A DNA stretch of 64,000 bases from Myxococcota bacterium. Lineage in GTDB: Bacteria; Myxococcota_A; UBA9160; UBA6930. A program made the translations under genes and the position numbers. Shown in pieces: positions 39,159-47,483 of this stretch. How positions within the stretch are numbered: position 1 is the stretch's first letter; every line of letters starts with the position of its first letter. The notes under the pieces are model-generated. The model was not told where the DNA came from, searched no databases, and was given only the letters and a program-made list of their open reading frames with translations. The stretch covers positions 1,696,001 to 1,760,000 of the forward strand of contig OZ245015.1 of the NCBI GenBank assembly GCA_965223705.1, written 5' to 3'.

Positions 39159-39223
39159 CGTCAGTTGCCAACGATCGGAACGCCGCGGTGGGCCAGTTCG
39201 TCGATCATGAAATCTCCTGCCCG

Positions 39224-39949
39224 CTAACCGAGAGGGTTTTCGCGTAGGAACTCCCGAACACGGGCGAAACCCGCTTCGACGTTCTCGGGCTCTTTCCACC
39301 GTTCGATGAGTTCCGCATTCCGTGCGAGCTTCGCCACCTCGCGCGACGTCGCTTGCGGGTGATAGGCGTCGTCGCCCATCAGGATGAGCAGCGGCGTCTC
39401 CATCTTCTGGACGTCTTCGGGGCTTGCACAGTACAAGAACTCGCCGCCGAACATCCGCGCTTTGTACGTGGCCCAGTCTTCGTCGGAGACGTCGGGGTGC
39501 TCCTCCTTCTTGTCGGCGACCCAGCCGTCGAACAGCTCGGCAAAGACGGGCCCGTTGTCGGGCGACGCGCCGATGGGTTGCAGCATCACCGCCGCGCCGG
39601 CACGCCGCGGAGCCTCTTTCAGGAAGCCGGCGATGAACGAGCCTCCGATACAGCAGCCGAGGAGATGGCAGCGATCGACGCCCAGGTGGTCGAGGAGCCC
39701 GAAGTGGTCCGCGGTGTAGCGCCCCCACCCCTCGTCCCCACCGATGGGTGCTTTCGACTGACCGGCGTTTCGCTGATCCATCGCAATGACCCGAAATTCG
39801 CCCGCAAGTCGCTCGATCGGGTTCCACGGCACGTTGCCCCACATGGGAATCGCGGAGCGCATGCCGCCCGGAGCGAACAGCAGAATCGGCTCGCCGTCTC
39901 CATGCACTTCGTAATAGATCTCTGCGCCGTCGCGCTCATACAAGGGCAT
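39224..39949 (-). CDS. Alpha/beta hydrolase with Cys at the nucleophile elbow
   Basis: PGG, MDQRNAGQS, GCCIGG, GDDAYHP; GGAGG SD. Confidence 0.85.
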   Translation of the reverse strand: MPLYERDGAEIYYEVHGDGEPILLFAPGGMRSAIPMWGNVPWNPIERLAGEFRVIAMDQRNAGQSKAPIGGDEGWGRYTADHFGLLDHLGVDRCHLLGCCIGGSFIAGFLKEAPRRAGAAVMLQPIGASPDNGPVFAELFDGWVADKKEEHPDVSDEDWATYKARMFGGEFLYCASPEDVQKMETPLLILMGDDAYHPQATSREVAKLARNAELIERWKEPENVEAGFARVREFLRENPLG

Positions 39950-40007
39950 CTCGGCCTCCTCGGTGGTGGCGGTTTACGCGCCGCTGGCTCCGTTCGTATC
40001 GTAGTCT

Positions 40008-40715
40008 ATGACGACGGAGGCCTCGATGAGACAAGGCACAGAGATCGCCTGCGCGGCGAGCGGCATCGGTTTCCTCGTGTTCTACATCGTCGGTTGGTGG
40101 TTCATCGCCGGGTTCGTGCCGCCCCACGCGCCGGTCATGGAAGCCGGTGAGCTCGCGGATCGGTACCGACAGAACACCGGGACGATCCGGTTCGGGATCA
40201 TGCTCGCCATGATCGGCGCGGGACTCGTGCTTCCCTTCGCGGGAGTGATCGCCGGAAAGCTCCGCCGGATCGAGCCCGATACTCACGTACTTGCGTTTAC
40301 CCAACTCGCAGCAGCTGCCGTCACTTCGGTGATCTTGCTGCTCCCGACCGTGTTGTGGACCGCCGCCGCGTTTCGGCCCGAGCGGAATCCGGAATTGATC
40401 CTCCTGCTCAACGATTTCGCTTGGCTGCTGTTGCTGATGACGTTCTCGCCATTCCTCGTCCAGTTCACGTGTATCGGCCTCGCGGTACTGTCGGACAGAA
40501 GCGAGCCTCCGGTGTTCCCGCGCTGGGTCGGCTACTTCAACATTTGGGTGGCGGTGCTGGCGGTTCCCGGAGGTCTTGTCACGTTCTTCAAGACGGGGCC
40601 GTTCGCCTGGAACGGTCTTCTCGCATTCTGGCTCCCCGTCGTTGCGTTCGTCATCTGGTTCGTGGTGATGTTCTTCGTGCTGTTGCGGGCGATCCGGACG
40701 AGGGCGCCAGCCTGA
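40008..40715 (+). CDS. Hypothetical integral membrane protein
   Basis: About 6 TM helices; AAFRPER, LNDFAW, FPRW, GPFAWNG. Confidence 0.75.
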   Translation: MTTEASMRQGTEIACAASGIGFLVFYIVGWWFIAGFVPPHAPVMEAGELADRYRQNTGTIRFGIMLAMIGAGLVLPFAGVIAGKLRRIEPDTHVLAFTQLAAAAVTSVILLLPTVLWTAAAFRPERNPELILLLNDFAWLLLLMTFSPFLVQFTCIGLAVLSDRSEPPVFPRWVGYFNIWVAVLAVPGGLVTFFKTGPFAWNGLLAFWLPVVAFVIWFVVMFFVLLRAIRTRAPA

Positions 40716-41293
40716 AGCAAAACCAGTTCGCGAAAGATCCGTCGAGCCACGTTCCGGGAGAGCCCGGGGTCTGGGTGTTCGTCTTCGGGGACATGCTGGT
40801 CTTCGCCTTGTTCTTCGGCGTCTATGCCTACTACCGCGCGCTCGACCACGAAGCGTTTCAGACCGCTCAGACGGCTGTCGACCAAGACCTCGGTGCCTTC
40901 AATACGCTCCTACTCCTCTTGAGTTCATGGTTCGTCGTTCTCGCATTGGCGGACGCCCGCGAGCACGAAGCTCGTTTCGCACCGCGCCTCTTCCTTGCGG
41001 CGCTCGGTTGCGGAATGGGGTTCGTCGTGGTGAAGGGCGTCGAATACGCCGAGCTTCTCACTTCGGGAGTCGGGATTACGACCAACGACTTCTTCACGTA
41101 CTACTTCATCTTCACGGGTCTTCACCTGGTGCATCTCCTGATCGGACTCGGTGTCCTGGTGTTTCTCATCGGTTGGGTCCGAAAACGCGGATCCGGACGC
41201 GACGACAAGTTCCTCGAGAGCGGTTGCATCTATTGGCACATGGTCGATCTCCTGTGGATCGTCCTGTTTCCCCTGCTGTACTTGATGCCATGA
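40712..41293 (+). CDS. Heme-copper oxidase subunit III family protein (NorE-like)
   Basis: PGEPGVWVF..DM..F, NTLLLLLSSW, FFTYYFIFTGLHLVH, YWHMVDLLW; probable CTG start. Confidence 0.85.
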   Translation: MKQNQFAKDPSSHVPGEPGVWVFVFGDMLVFALFFGVYAYYRALDHEAFQTAQTAVDQDLGAFNTLLLLLSSWFVVLALADAREHEARFAPRLFLAALGCGMGFVVVKGVEYAELLTSGVGITTNDFFTYYFIFTGLHLVHLLIGLGVLVFLIGWVRKRGSGRDDKFLESGCIYWHMVDLLWIVLFPLLYLMP

Positions 41294-41583
41294 GCGAGTT
41301 TCTGAAACACGTCCTCGGACAGCGCGTGACGTTCGTGTGGCTGGCCCTCGTCGCGGCGACGGCGTTTTCCTGGGCGATGGGCACGGGTGAGCCGGGGGAG
41401 GGCGGCCTCGGTCGCCCGGACGTCACGGCTCTCCTCATCGGCGTCGCGATGCTGAAGGCCCGTCTCGTGATCCGATTTTTCATGGAAGTCCGCGAAGCTG
41501 CGCTGCCGTTGCGCGTATTGTTGGACGTCTGGTGCGCAGGGGTGGGCGTTGTGGTCATCGCGCTCTTGTGGGGCGCAGCTTAG
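41290..41583 (+). CDS. Oxidase subunit IV family small membrane protein (NorF-like)
   Basis: WLALVAAT, AMLKARLV..FMEVR; ATGA overlap with upstream gene. Confidence 0.8.
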   Translation: MSEFLKHVLGQRVTFVWLALVAATAFSWAMGTGEPGEGGLGRPDVTALLIGVAMLKARLVIRFFMEVREAALPLRVLLDVWCAGVGVVVIALLWGAA

Positions 41584-41635
41584 GGCCTTGGTATGCTCGC
41601 CAGTCCACGACCCGCAGAGACGAAAGGAAATTCTC

Positions 41636-43237
41636 ATGACAGATCGCGTCGACGCCATTGTGATCGGAGCCGGAGTCGCCGGCCTGTATGCCCACTACAA
41701 GCTGCGCGAGCTCGGAATGACCGCCCGCGGTTTTGAGGCGGCGAGTGGTGTCGGCGGAACCTGGTACTGGAACCGGTATCCCGGCGCCCGGTTCGATTCG
41801 GAGAGCTACTCCTACCAGTATTCCTTCTCGAAAGACTTGATCGATGAATGGAACTGGTCGGAGGAATTCGCGGCCCAACCCGAAGTCGAGCGCTACCTGA
41901 ATTTCGTCGCGGACAAGTGCGACCTGCGGCGGGATATCGAGTTCAACGCCCGGGTTCGCACCGTCCGCTACAACGAAGCCGAAAAAATCTGGGAGGTCGA
42001 AACGGAGAACGGGCTGCGCGCCGAAGCGCAGTTCGTGCTCGCCGCGACCGGGCTGCTTTCAGCCCACCAATTCCCGGACTACGCCGGGGTCGAAGACTTT
42101 CAGGGCGAATCGCTCCACACCGCGCGCTGGCCGAAAGAGGGCGTCGATTTCTCGGGGAAGCGGGTCGGCATCATCGGTACGGGGCCGACGGCCGTTCAGT
42201 TGATCCAGACCATCGCACCCGAAGTCGGCCACCTCACCGTCTTCCAACGGACGGCGAACTGGTGCACGCCGCTGCGCAACCGCCCGATCGAACCGGAGCG
42301 CGGGCAGCAGCTGAAAGACAATGCGGAAGAGGTGTTTGAGACCTGCAAGCGCTCGTTTGCCGGTTTCATTCACGAGATGGACGAGCGCGCCGGCGAAGAC
42401 GTTCCCAAGGAAGAGCGGTGGGCGCACTACCAAGAACTCTACGATCGCGGCGGGTTCGCGCTGTGGCTCGGCAACTACTCCGACACCTTCACGAGCCAAA
42501 AAGTCGCGGATGAGATCGCGGAGTTTCTCGCGGAAAAGATTCGGGAACGCGTCCACGATCCGGAAACCGCCGAAAAACTGATTCCCAAGAACCACACGTT
42601 CGGGACGAAGCGAACGCCCGGTGAGAAGAACTTCTACGAGGCGTTCAACTACGACCACGTCGACTTGATCGACCTGCGCGCGACCCCCATCGAGCGGATT
42701 ACGGAGACGGGTATTCAGACGTCGGATCAGTCCTACGAGCTCGACGCCATCGTCTACGCGACGGGCTTCCACACGCTGACGGGTGAGCTTCTGCGTATGG
42801 ATATCCGCGGAGCCGACGGGCTCTCGCTCGAAGAAAAGTGGAAGGACGGTCCGCGGACAAACCTCGGTGTGCAGTTCGCCGGGTTCCCGAACTTTTTCGC
42901 CGTCATGGGTCCCCACAACCCCGCCGCTTTCTGCAACCTGACGCGCTGTCTCGAAAACAACGTCGAGTGGATCATCGACTGCATCGCGCACATGCGAGAG
43001 AAAGGCTTCACGACCATCGAGACGACCAGCGAGGCCGAAGATGCCTGGACCGAGCGCTGCCACGAGTCGGCACGCGGGCTCTTGATTGACGAGATGCGAG
43101 ACTCCTGGTTCTTCGGAAACAACAATCCCACGGGCGAACGGGGTCAGTTCTTGTTGTTCGCCGGAGGGGTCCCGGCCTACCGAGAGATCTTCGCCGACAT
43201 TGCGGCGAAGGGTTACGAGGGCTTCGAGCTGCGCTAG
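41636..43237 (+). CDS. Type I Baeyer-Villiger monooxygenase
   Basis: GAGVAG, GGTWYWNRYPG, FQGESLHTARWP, GTGPTA, FGTKR; AAGGA SD. Confidence 0.95.
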   Translation: MTDRVDAIVIGAGVAGLYAHYKLRELGMTARGFEAASGVGGTWYWNRYPGARFDSESYSYQYSFSKDLIDEWNWSEEFAAQPEVERYLNFVADKCDLRRDIEFNARVRTVRYNEAEKIWEVETENGLRAEAQFVLAATGLLSAHQFPDYAGVEDFQGESLHTARWPKEGVDFSGKRVGIIGTGPTAVQLIQTIAPEVGHLTVFQRTANWCTPLRNRPIEPERGQQLKDNAEEVFETCKRSFAGFIHEMDERAGEDVPKEERWAHYQELYDRGGFALWLGNYSDTFTSQKVADEIAEFLAEKIRERVHDPETAEKLIPKNHTFGTKRTPGEKNFYEAFNYDHVDLIDLRATPIERITETGIQTSDQSYELDAIVYATGFHTLTGELLRMDIRGADGLSLEEKWKDGPRTNLGVQFAGFPNFFAVMGPHNPAAFCNLTRCLENNVEWIIDCIAHMREKGFTTIETTSEAEDAWTERCHESARGLLIDEMRDSWFFGNNNPTGERGQFLLFAGGVPAYREIFADIAAKGYEGFELR

Positions 43238-43241
43238 ACGC

Positions 43242-44219
43242 TCAGTCTTCGTCTTCGATCGAAGGCACGAGTTCCATCACCGCGCGTCGAAACGACTCGC
43301 TTCGCACCGGCTTCGGCAGCGAAACGCTCGGTGCCGTGATCCGGACGGCGTCGAACGGTGCTCCGCCGCTGATCAGGATCGCCGGGGACAGGCACCCTTG
43401 AGCGCGCAGAGAGAGAAGCGCTTCGACGCCTGTCATGAGCGGCATGTGATGATCGACGACGAGAAGATCGGGCGGAGGGTCATCGCCCGACAAGGCGAGG
43501 CGGTGGAACTCGCTGCCGTTGGTGGCCTCGACGACGTCGAACCCCAGAGGCTCGAGCCATCGTTTGAGCAGCCTTCGGACCGACTCGTCGTCGTCGCCGA
43601 TCACTGCACGACGCCCCTCGCTTTGCCCGCGTTGCTGGGTCTTCATTTCCTTGACGCGGCGCTGTAGCCCCTGCCGGCTCATGGCGAGCATGCGGGCGGC
43701 TTCGCTGAAATTCCCGTCTGAAAGGGCCAGCGCCTGGTCGACGGCTGCGTTGCGCACGTCGCGAATCAGCTTTCGCAGCGGCACGCTGGGAACGGCTTGC
43801 CGGACGAGAGGCTCGATCGGTTTCGGTTCGGCGAGCACTTCGCGGATCACGCGCTCGAGCGCCGCCTGTCGGAACGGTTTGTCGATGAGATGGCGAACAC
43901 CGTGCGTCGCGAGATCGAACGCTTCCGTTCTTGTCGCATTCCCGGTAATTGCGATTACTGCCGGCGCCGGGCTCATGCGCCCGAGCTCGGATGCCAACTC
44001 GACCGCGGAACCGTCCGGCAACAACACGTCGAGTAACACGAGGTCGGGATGCCATTCAACGAGGGTGGCGCGGGCTTCCGCGATGCTGCCGGCCGCACGA
44101 GCCTCGTAGCCCCACGCTTTGAGCGCAGGTAACAAGCTGTCCCGCACTGGCGCGCTGTCGTCAACCAGAAGGACTTTGCGAGCTACGCGAGCTTCTGTGT
44201 ACGACCCATCCGAGGCCAT
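43242..44219 (-). CDS. Response regulator with REC-Fis HTH-REC architecture
   Basis: LVDDS..LLDVLLPDG..KP; GNFSEAARMLAMSRQGL; GDDD..VDHHMP..KP. Confidence 0.85.
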   Translation of the reverse strand: MASDGSYTEARVARKVLLVDDSAPVRDSLLPALKAWGYEARAAGSIAEARATLVEWHPDLVLLDVLLPDGSAVELASELGRMSPAPAVIAITGNATRTEAFDLATHGVRHLIDKPFRQAALERVIREVLAEPKPIEPLVRQAVPSVPLRKLIRDVRNAAVDQALALSDGNFSEAARMLAMSRQGLQRRVKEMKTQQRGQSEGRRAVIGDDDESVRRLLKRWLEPLGFDVVEATNGSEFHRLALSGDDPPPDLLVVDHHMPLMTGVEALLSLRAQGCLSPAILISGGAPFDAVRITAPSVSLPKPVRSESFRRAVMELVPSIEDED

Positions 44220-44363
44220 GCGAGACCGAGATTTACAGCACTACAATCCTCAAAGGTACGCCGCAAAAGTTGCAATTGATGTCAGTGTTTTTGAACAGGG
44301 TGTATAAGACGAGTAGAATCGAGCACTTAGGCAGTGGTAACGACGACTGAGGAATTTAAACGC

Positions 44364-46229
44364 ATGGCGATTCGAATCGACCCGAAGACGGGCCTGAAAA
44401 TCTTCAATACTCGCGCCGCAATCGCGAATGACAAGATCACGGGCAAAGGCTATTCGCCCGTCGAAGATCGGGCGTTGACGACGCTTCCGCCGCCGCCGGC
44501 GGGCGCGGTCTTCAACGCGGAAGAGCAGGCGAAATACCGCGCGTTCAAGGAAGCGCGCCGCGGCGCCGCCGACTACATGGCCATGGACGGGGAGTGGAGT
44601 GGCTACCTCGAGGACGTGTATTCCGCAGATCCGGTGCCGCGCGAAGCGCTCACCGACGAGTGCGAAGTTCTCGTGATCGGCGCGGGATTCGCCGGGCTCC
44701 TCCTCTGGCACAAGCTCAGCCGTGCGGGCTTTCACGACGTTCGTTTCTGCGAGAAGGGAGGAGACGTCGGCGGTACGTGGTACTGGAACCGCTACCCCGG
44801 AATCGCGTGCGACGTCGAGTCCTACAGCTACCTGCCGCTCCTCGAGGAGATGGAGTACTTCCCGACGATGAAGTTCGCGTCGGGTTTCGAGATCCTCGAG
44901 TACTGCCAAAGCATGGCGGAGAAGTTCGGCTTCTACGACCACTGCTTGTTCCATACGACGGTCGAAAAAACCGAATGGGACGAAGCGGAGGGTCGCTGGA
45001 CCGTGTACACCGATCGCGGCGACGCCATGCGCGCGCGCTTCGTGATCCTCGCGAACGGCATCCTCACGAGCCCAAAGCTCGCGCGCATCGAAGGGATGGA
45101 GACCTACCGAGGCGACTCGTTTCACACGTCGCGCTGGAATTACGATGTCGATCTCAAAGGGAAGCGCGTCGGCATCATCGGGACCGGAGCGACAGCGGTG
45201 CAGGCGATCCCAGAGCTCGCGAAGGTCGTCGGTGAGCTCTTCGTCTTTCAGCGGACACCTTCGTCAATCGATGTCCGCGACCAGCGCGCGACGACGCCCG
45301 AGGAGATCGAAGCTTGGGCGAAGGAGCCCGGCTGGGCGAAAGCGCGCCGTGCGCGTTTCGCGAAGATTTCCTCGGGGCGGACGGCGATCAAAGCGAACGA
45401 CGACTACCTGGCGGGCAAGGTCGCGGACTTCAAGGAACGCAAGAAGCACGACCGAGAGCTCACTCCCGAAGAACTCGTCCAGAAACAGCTCGATTCGAAC
45501 TTTCGCATCATGGAGCAGATCCGTGCGCGCGTAGACGCGATCGTCGAGGATCCGAAAACCGCCGAGGCGCTGAAGCCCTACTACCCCTACGCGTGCAAGC
45601 GGCCCACCTTCCACGACGAGTACCTACCGACCTTCAACCTCCCCCACGTCACCCTGGTCGACACGGCGCCGCGCGGCGTGAGCCTGATCAACGAGCGGGG
45701 CGTGGTTCACGAGGGGACGGAATATCCGCTCGACGTACTGATCTACGCCACGGGCTTCGAGTGGATGGCCACCTCCACGTTCAACATGGTCGTCGGTCGC
45801 GGCGGGCGCACGCTGAGCGAAAAATGGAGCAGCGAAGGCACGAAGACCTTTCTCGGTCTGCACAGCGAAGGCTTTCCGAACCTGTTCATCGTTTCCGGGC
45901 CCCAGGGCGGCGGCGGGAGCTTCAACTTCACGGACGCGATTGAAACCCACGGTGAATACATTTTGTGGATGCTCGAGGCGATGCGCGATCGCGGCATCGA
46001 CATCGTCGACGTCAAGAGCGCTGCGGAACAAGAGTACGCCGAGCACTGCCGCGTCGCGGACATCCGTACCGCGCCGCTCCGGGACTGCATCTCCTACTAC
46101 AACGGCCACGGGGAAGCGGAGCCGGGTAGCCTCGCGTACTACGGGGGCGGCCACTGGCACAAGTACCGAATCCGCGCGCAAGAGACGCTCGAGCCCTACG
46201 TCTTCGAGAGCCGCCCAAACACAGGTTGA
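44364..46229 (+). CDS. Baeyer-Villiger monooxygenase with N-terminal extension
   Basis: GAGFAG, GGTWYWNRYPG, YRGDSFHTSRW, GTGATA, CKRPTFHD. Confidence 0.92.
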   Translation: MAIRIDPKTGLKIFNTRAAIANDKITGKGYSPVEDRALTTLPPPPAGAVFNAEEQAKYRAFKEARRGAADYMAMDGEWSGYLEDVYSADPVPREALTDECEVLVIGAGFAGLLLWHKLSRAGFHDVRFCEKGGDVGGTWYWNRYPGIACDVESYSYLPLLEEMEYFPTMKFASGFEILEYCQSMAEKFGFYDHCLFHTTVEKTEWDEAEGRWTVYTDRGDAMRARFVILANGILTSPKLARIEGMETYRGDSFHTSRWNYDVDLKGKRVGIIGTGATAVQAIPELAKVVGELFVFQRTPSSIDVRDQRATTPEEIEAWAKEPGWAKARRARFAKISSGRTAIKANDDYLAGKVADFKERKKHDRELTPEELVQKQLDSNFRIMEQIRARVDAIVEDPKTAEALKPYYPYACKRPTFHDEYLPTFNLPHVTLVDTAPRGVSLINERGVVHEGTEYPLDVLIYATGFEWMATSTFNMVVGRGGRTLSEKWSSEGTKTFLGLHSEGFPNLFIVSGPQGGGGSFNFTDAIETHGEYILWMLEAMRDRGIDIVDVKSAAEQEYAEHCRVADIRTAPLRDCISYYNGHGEAEPGSLAYYGGGHWHKYRIRAQETLEPYVFESRPNTG

Positions 46230-46380
46230 CTCCCTGGAGGGCGCAAGAAAAACGCAATAGTTGCGCATGAAAGTTGTGATCGCGGTCACGAAACGCGCCT
46301 TCTCTGGCCTATAGTGGGTCTGTCGAACCATTGTTGAGGCGAAATGGGTCGCTACCGACGCATTCGATGCCTGGGTTGAG

Positions 46381-46455
46381 ATGGACGCCTTTTTCTTTGC
46401 CACGACCGCTGTCACCGTTCTCAGCCTGGCCGTTCTGCTCCTGCGCCTCGACTGA
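46381..46455 (+). CDS. Candidate 24-aa hydrophobic small protein
   Basis: MDAFFFATTAVTVLSLAVLLLRLD in an otherwise empty ~290-bp gap; weak SD. Confidence 0.3.
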   Translation: MDAFFFATTAVTVLSLAVLLLRLD

Positions 46456-46523
46456 CGGGCGATCGCGCGAAGGGCTCCCTGGGATAGGCTGGGTGAAACC
46501 CATTCCGCCCGGGAGCCCCAGCC

Positions 46524-47483
46524 TTGGACCGAAACTTCCAGTCGATCGAAACGAACGGCATCACCCTGCGCGTCGTCATCGAAGGCGACGGGCCTCTCGT
46601 CGTCCTCCTCCACGGATGGCCGCAATGCTGGTACCTGTGGCGGCACCAAATCGATCCGCTGGTTCGCGCTGGCTATCGCGTCGCGGTGCCCGACCAACGG
46701 GGCTACGGCGGAAGCGACTGCCCGGAAGACGTTGAAGCCTTCGGCATTCGCGAGCTCGCCGGCGACGTGCGTGGGATCGCAGAGGCCCTGGGCTACCGGG
46801 AGTTCGTCGTCATCGGGCACGACTGGGGCTGCATCGTCGCGTGGAACACCGCACTGCTTCACGCGGACGCCTGTCGCGCGGTCATGGGCTTGTCCGTCCC
46901 GTTCTGGCGCGTAGGCCCCGAGATCGTCAGCCCAGAGGGCATGGACGAGCAATTCTGGTACATCCGGTACTTCCAGGAGCCGGGCGTCGCGGAGCGCGAG
47001 CTCGATCGCGATCTCGGGAAGAGTTTGCTGACGATTCACGCGTCGCTCGCCGGCGACGCCGACCCGCAGACGGCGTGGATGCAACAGGGCGAGTTCCCAC
47101 GCGGCGCGGGGCTCCTCGACACATTGCCCCAACCCAAGGGAATCCCGGCGTGGATGTCGCAAGAGGATCTCGATACGTACGTCGAGATCTACCGCCGACA
47201 CGGGTTCCGCGGTGGGCTCAATTGGTATCGGAATATTCCGACGAACAGCGAGCGGACCCCCGAGCTCGAGGGACGGCGATTCGCGCAGCCGGCGGCGTTC
47301 GTCGCCGGACGGCTCGACAACGTGCTGCTCTACGATCCGGAATGGCGCGAACCCTTTGAAGCGAGCTTCGATGACCTTCGTTTCCTGACCCTCATCGACG
47401 GCGCAGGCCACTGGGTCCAAGCCGAGAAGCCCGAAGAAACCAATCGCGAGATTCTGCGCTTCCTGAAGAGCGTCGACGGATGA
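46524..47483 (+). CDS. Epoxide hydrolase-like alpha/beta hydrolase
   Basis: HGWP, DQRGYG, GHDWG, NWYRN, GHWVQAE. Confidence 0.92.
   Translation: MDRNFQSIETNGITLRVVIEGDGPLVVLLHGWPQCWYLWRHQIDPLVRAGYRVAVPDQRGYGGSDCPEDVEAFGIRELAGDVRGIAEALGYREFVVIGHDWGCIVAWNTALLHADACRAVMGLSVPFWRVGPEIVSPEGMDEQFWYIRYFQEPGVAERELDRDLGKSLLTIHASLAGDADPQTAWMQQGEFPRGAGLLDTLPQPKGIPAWMSQEDLDTYVEIYRRHGFRGGLNWYRNIPTNSERTPELEGRRFAQPAAFVAGRLDNVLLYDPEWREPFEASFDDLRFLTLIDGAGHWVQAEKPEETNREILRFLKSVDG

Noticed and set aside
39159..39842. Apparent long N-terminal extension making a 681-aa LLM fusion
   Set aside because: It overlaps the alpha/beta hydrolase in another frame and is Arg-rich noise; the LLM domain starts near 39158.
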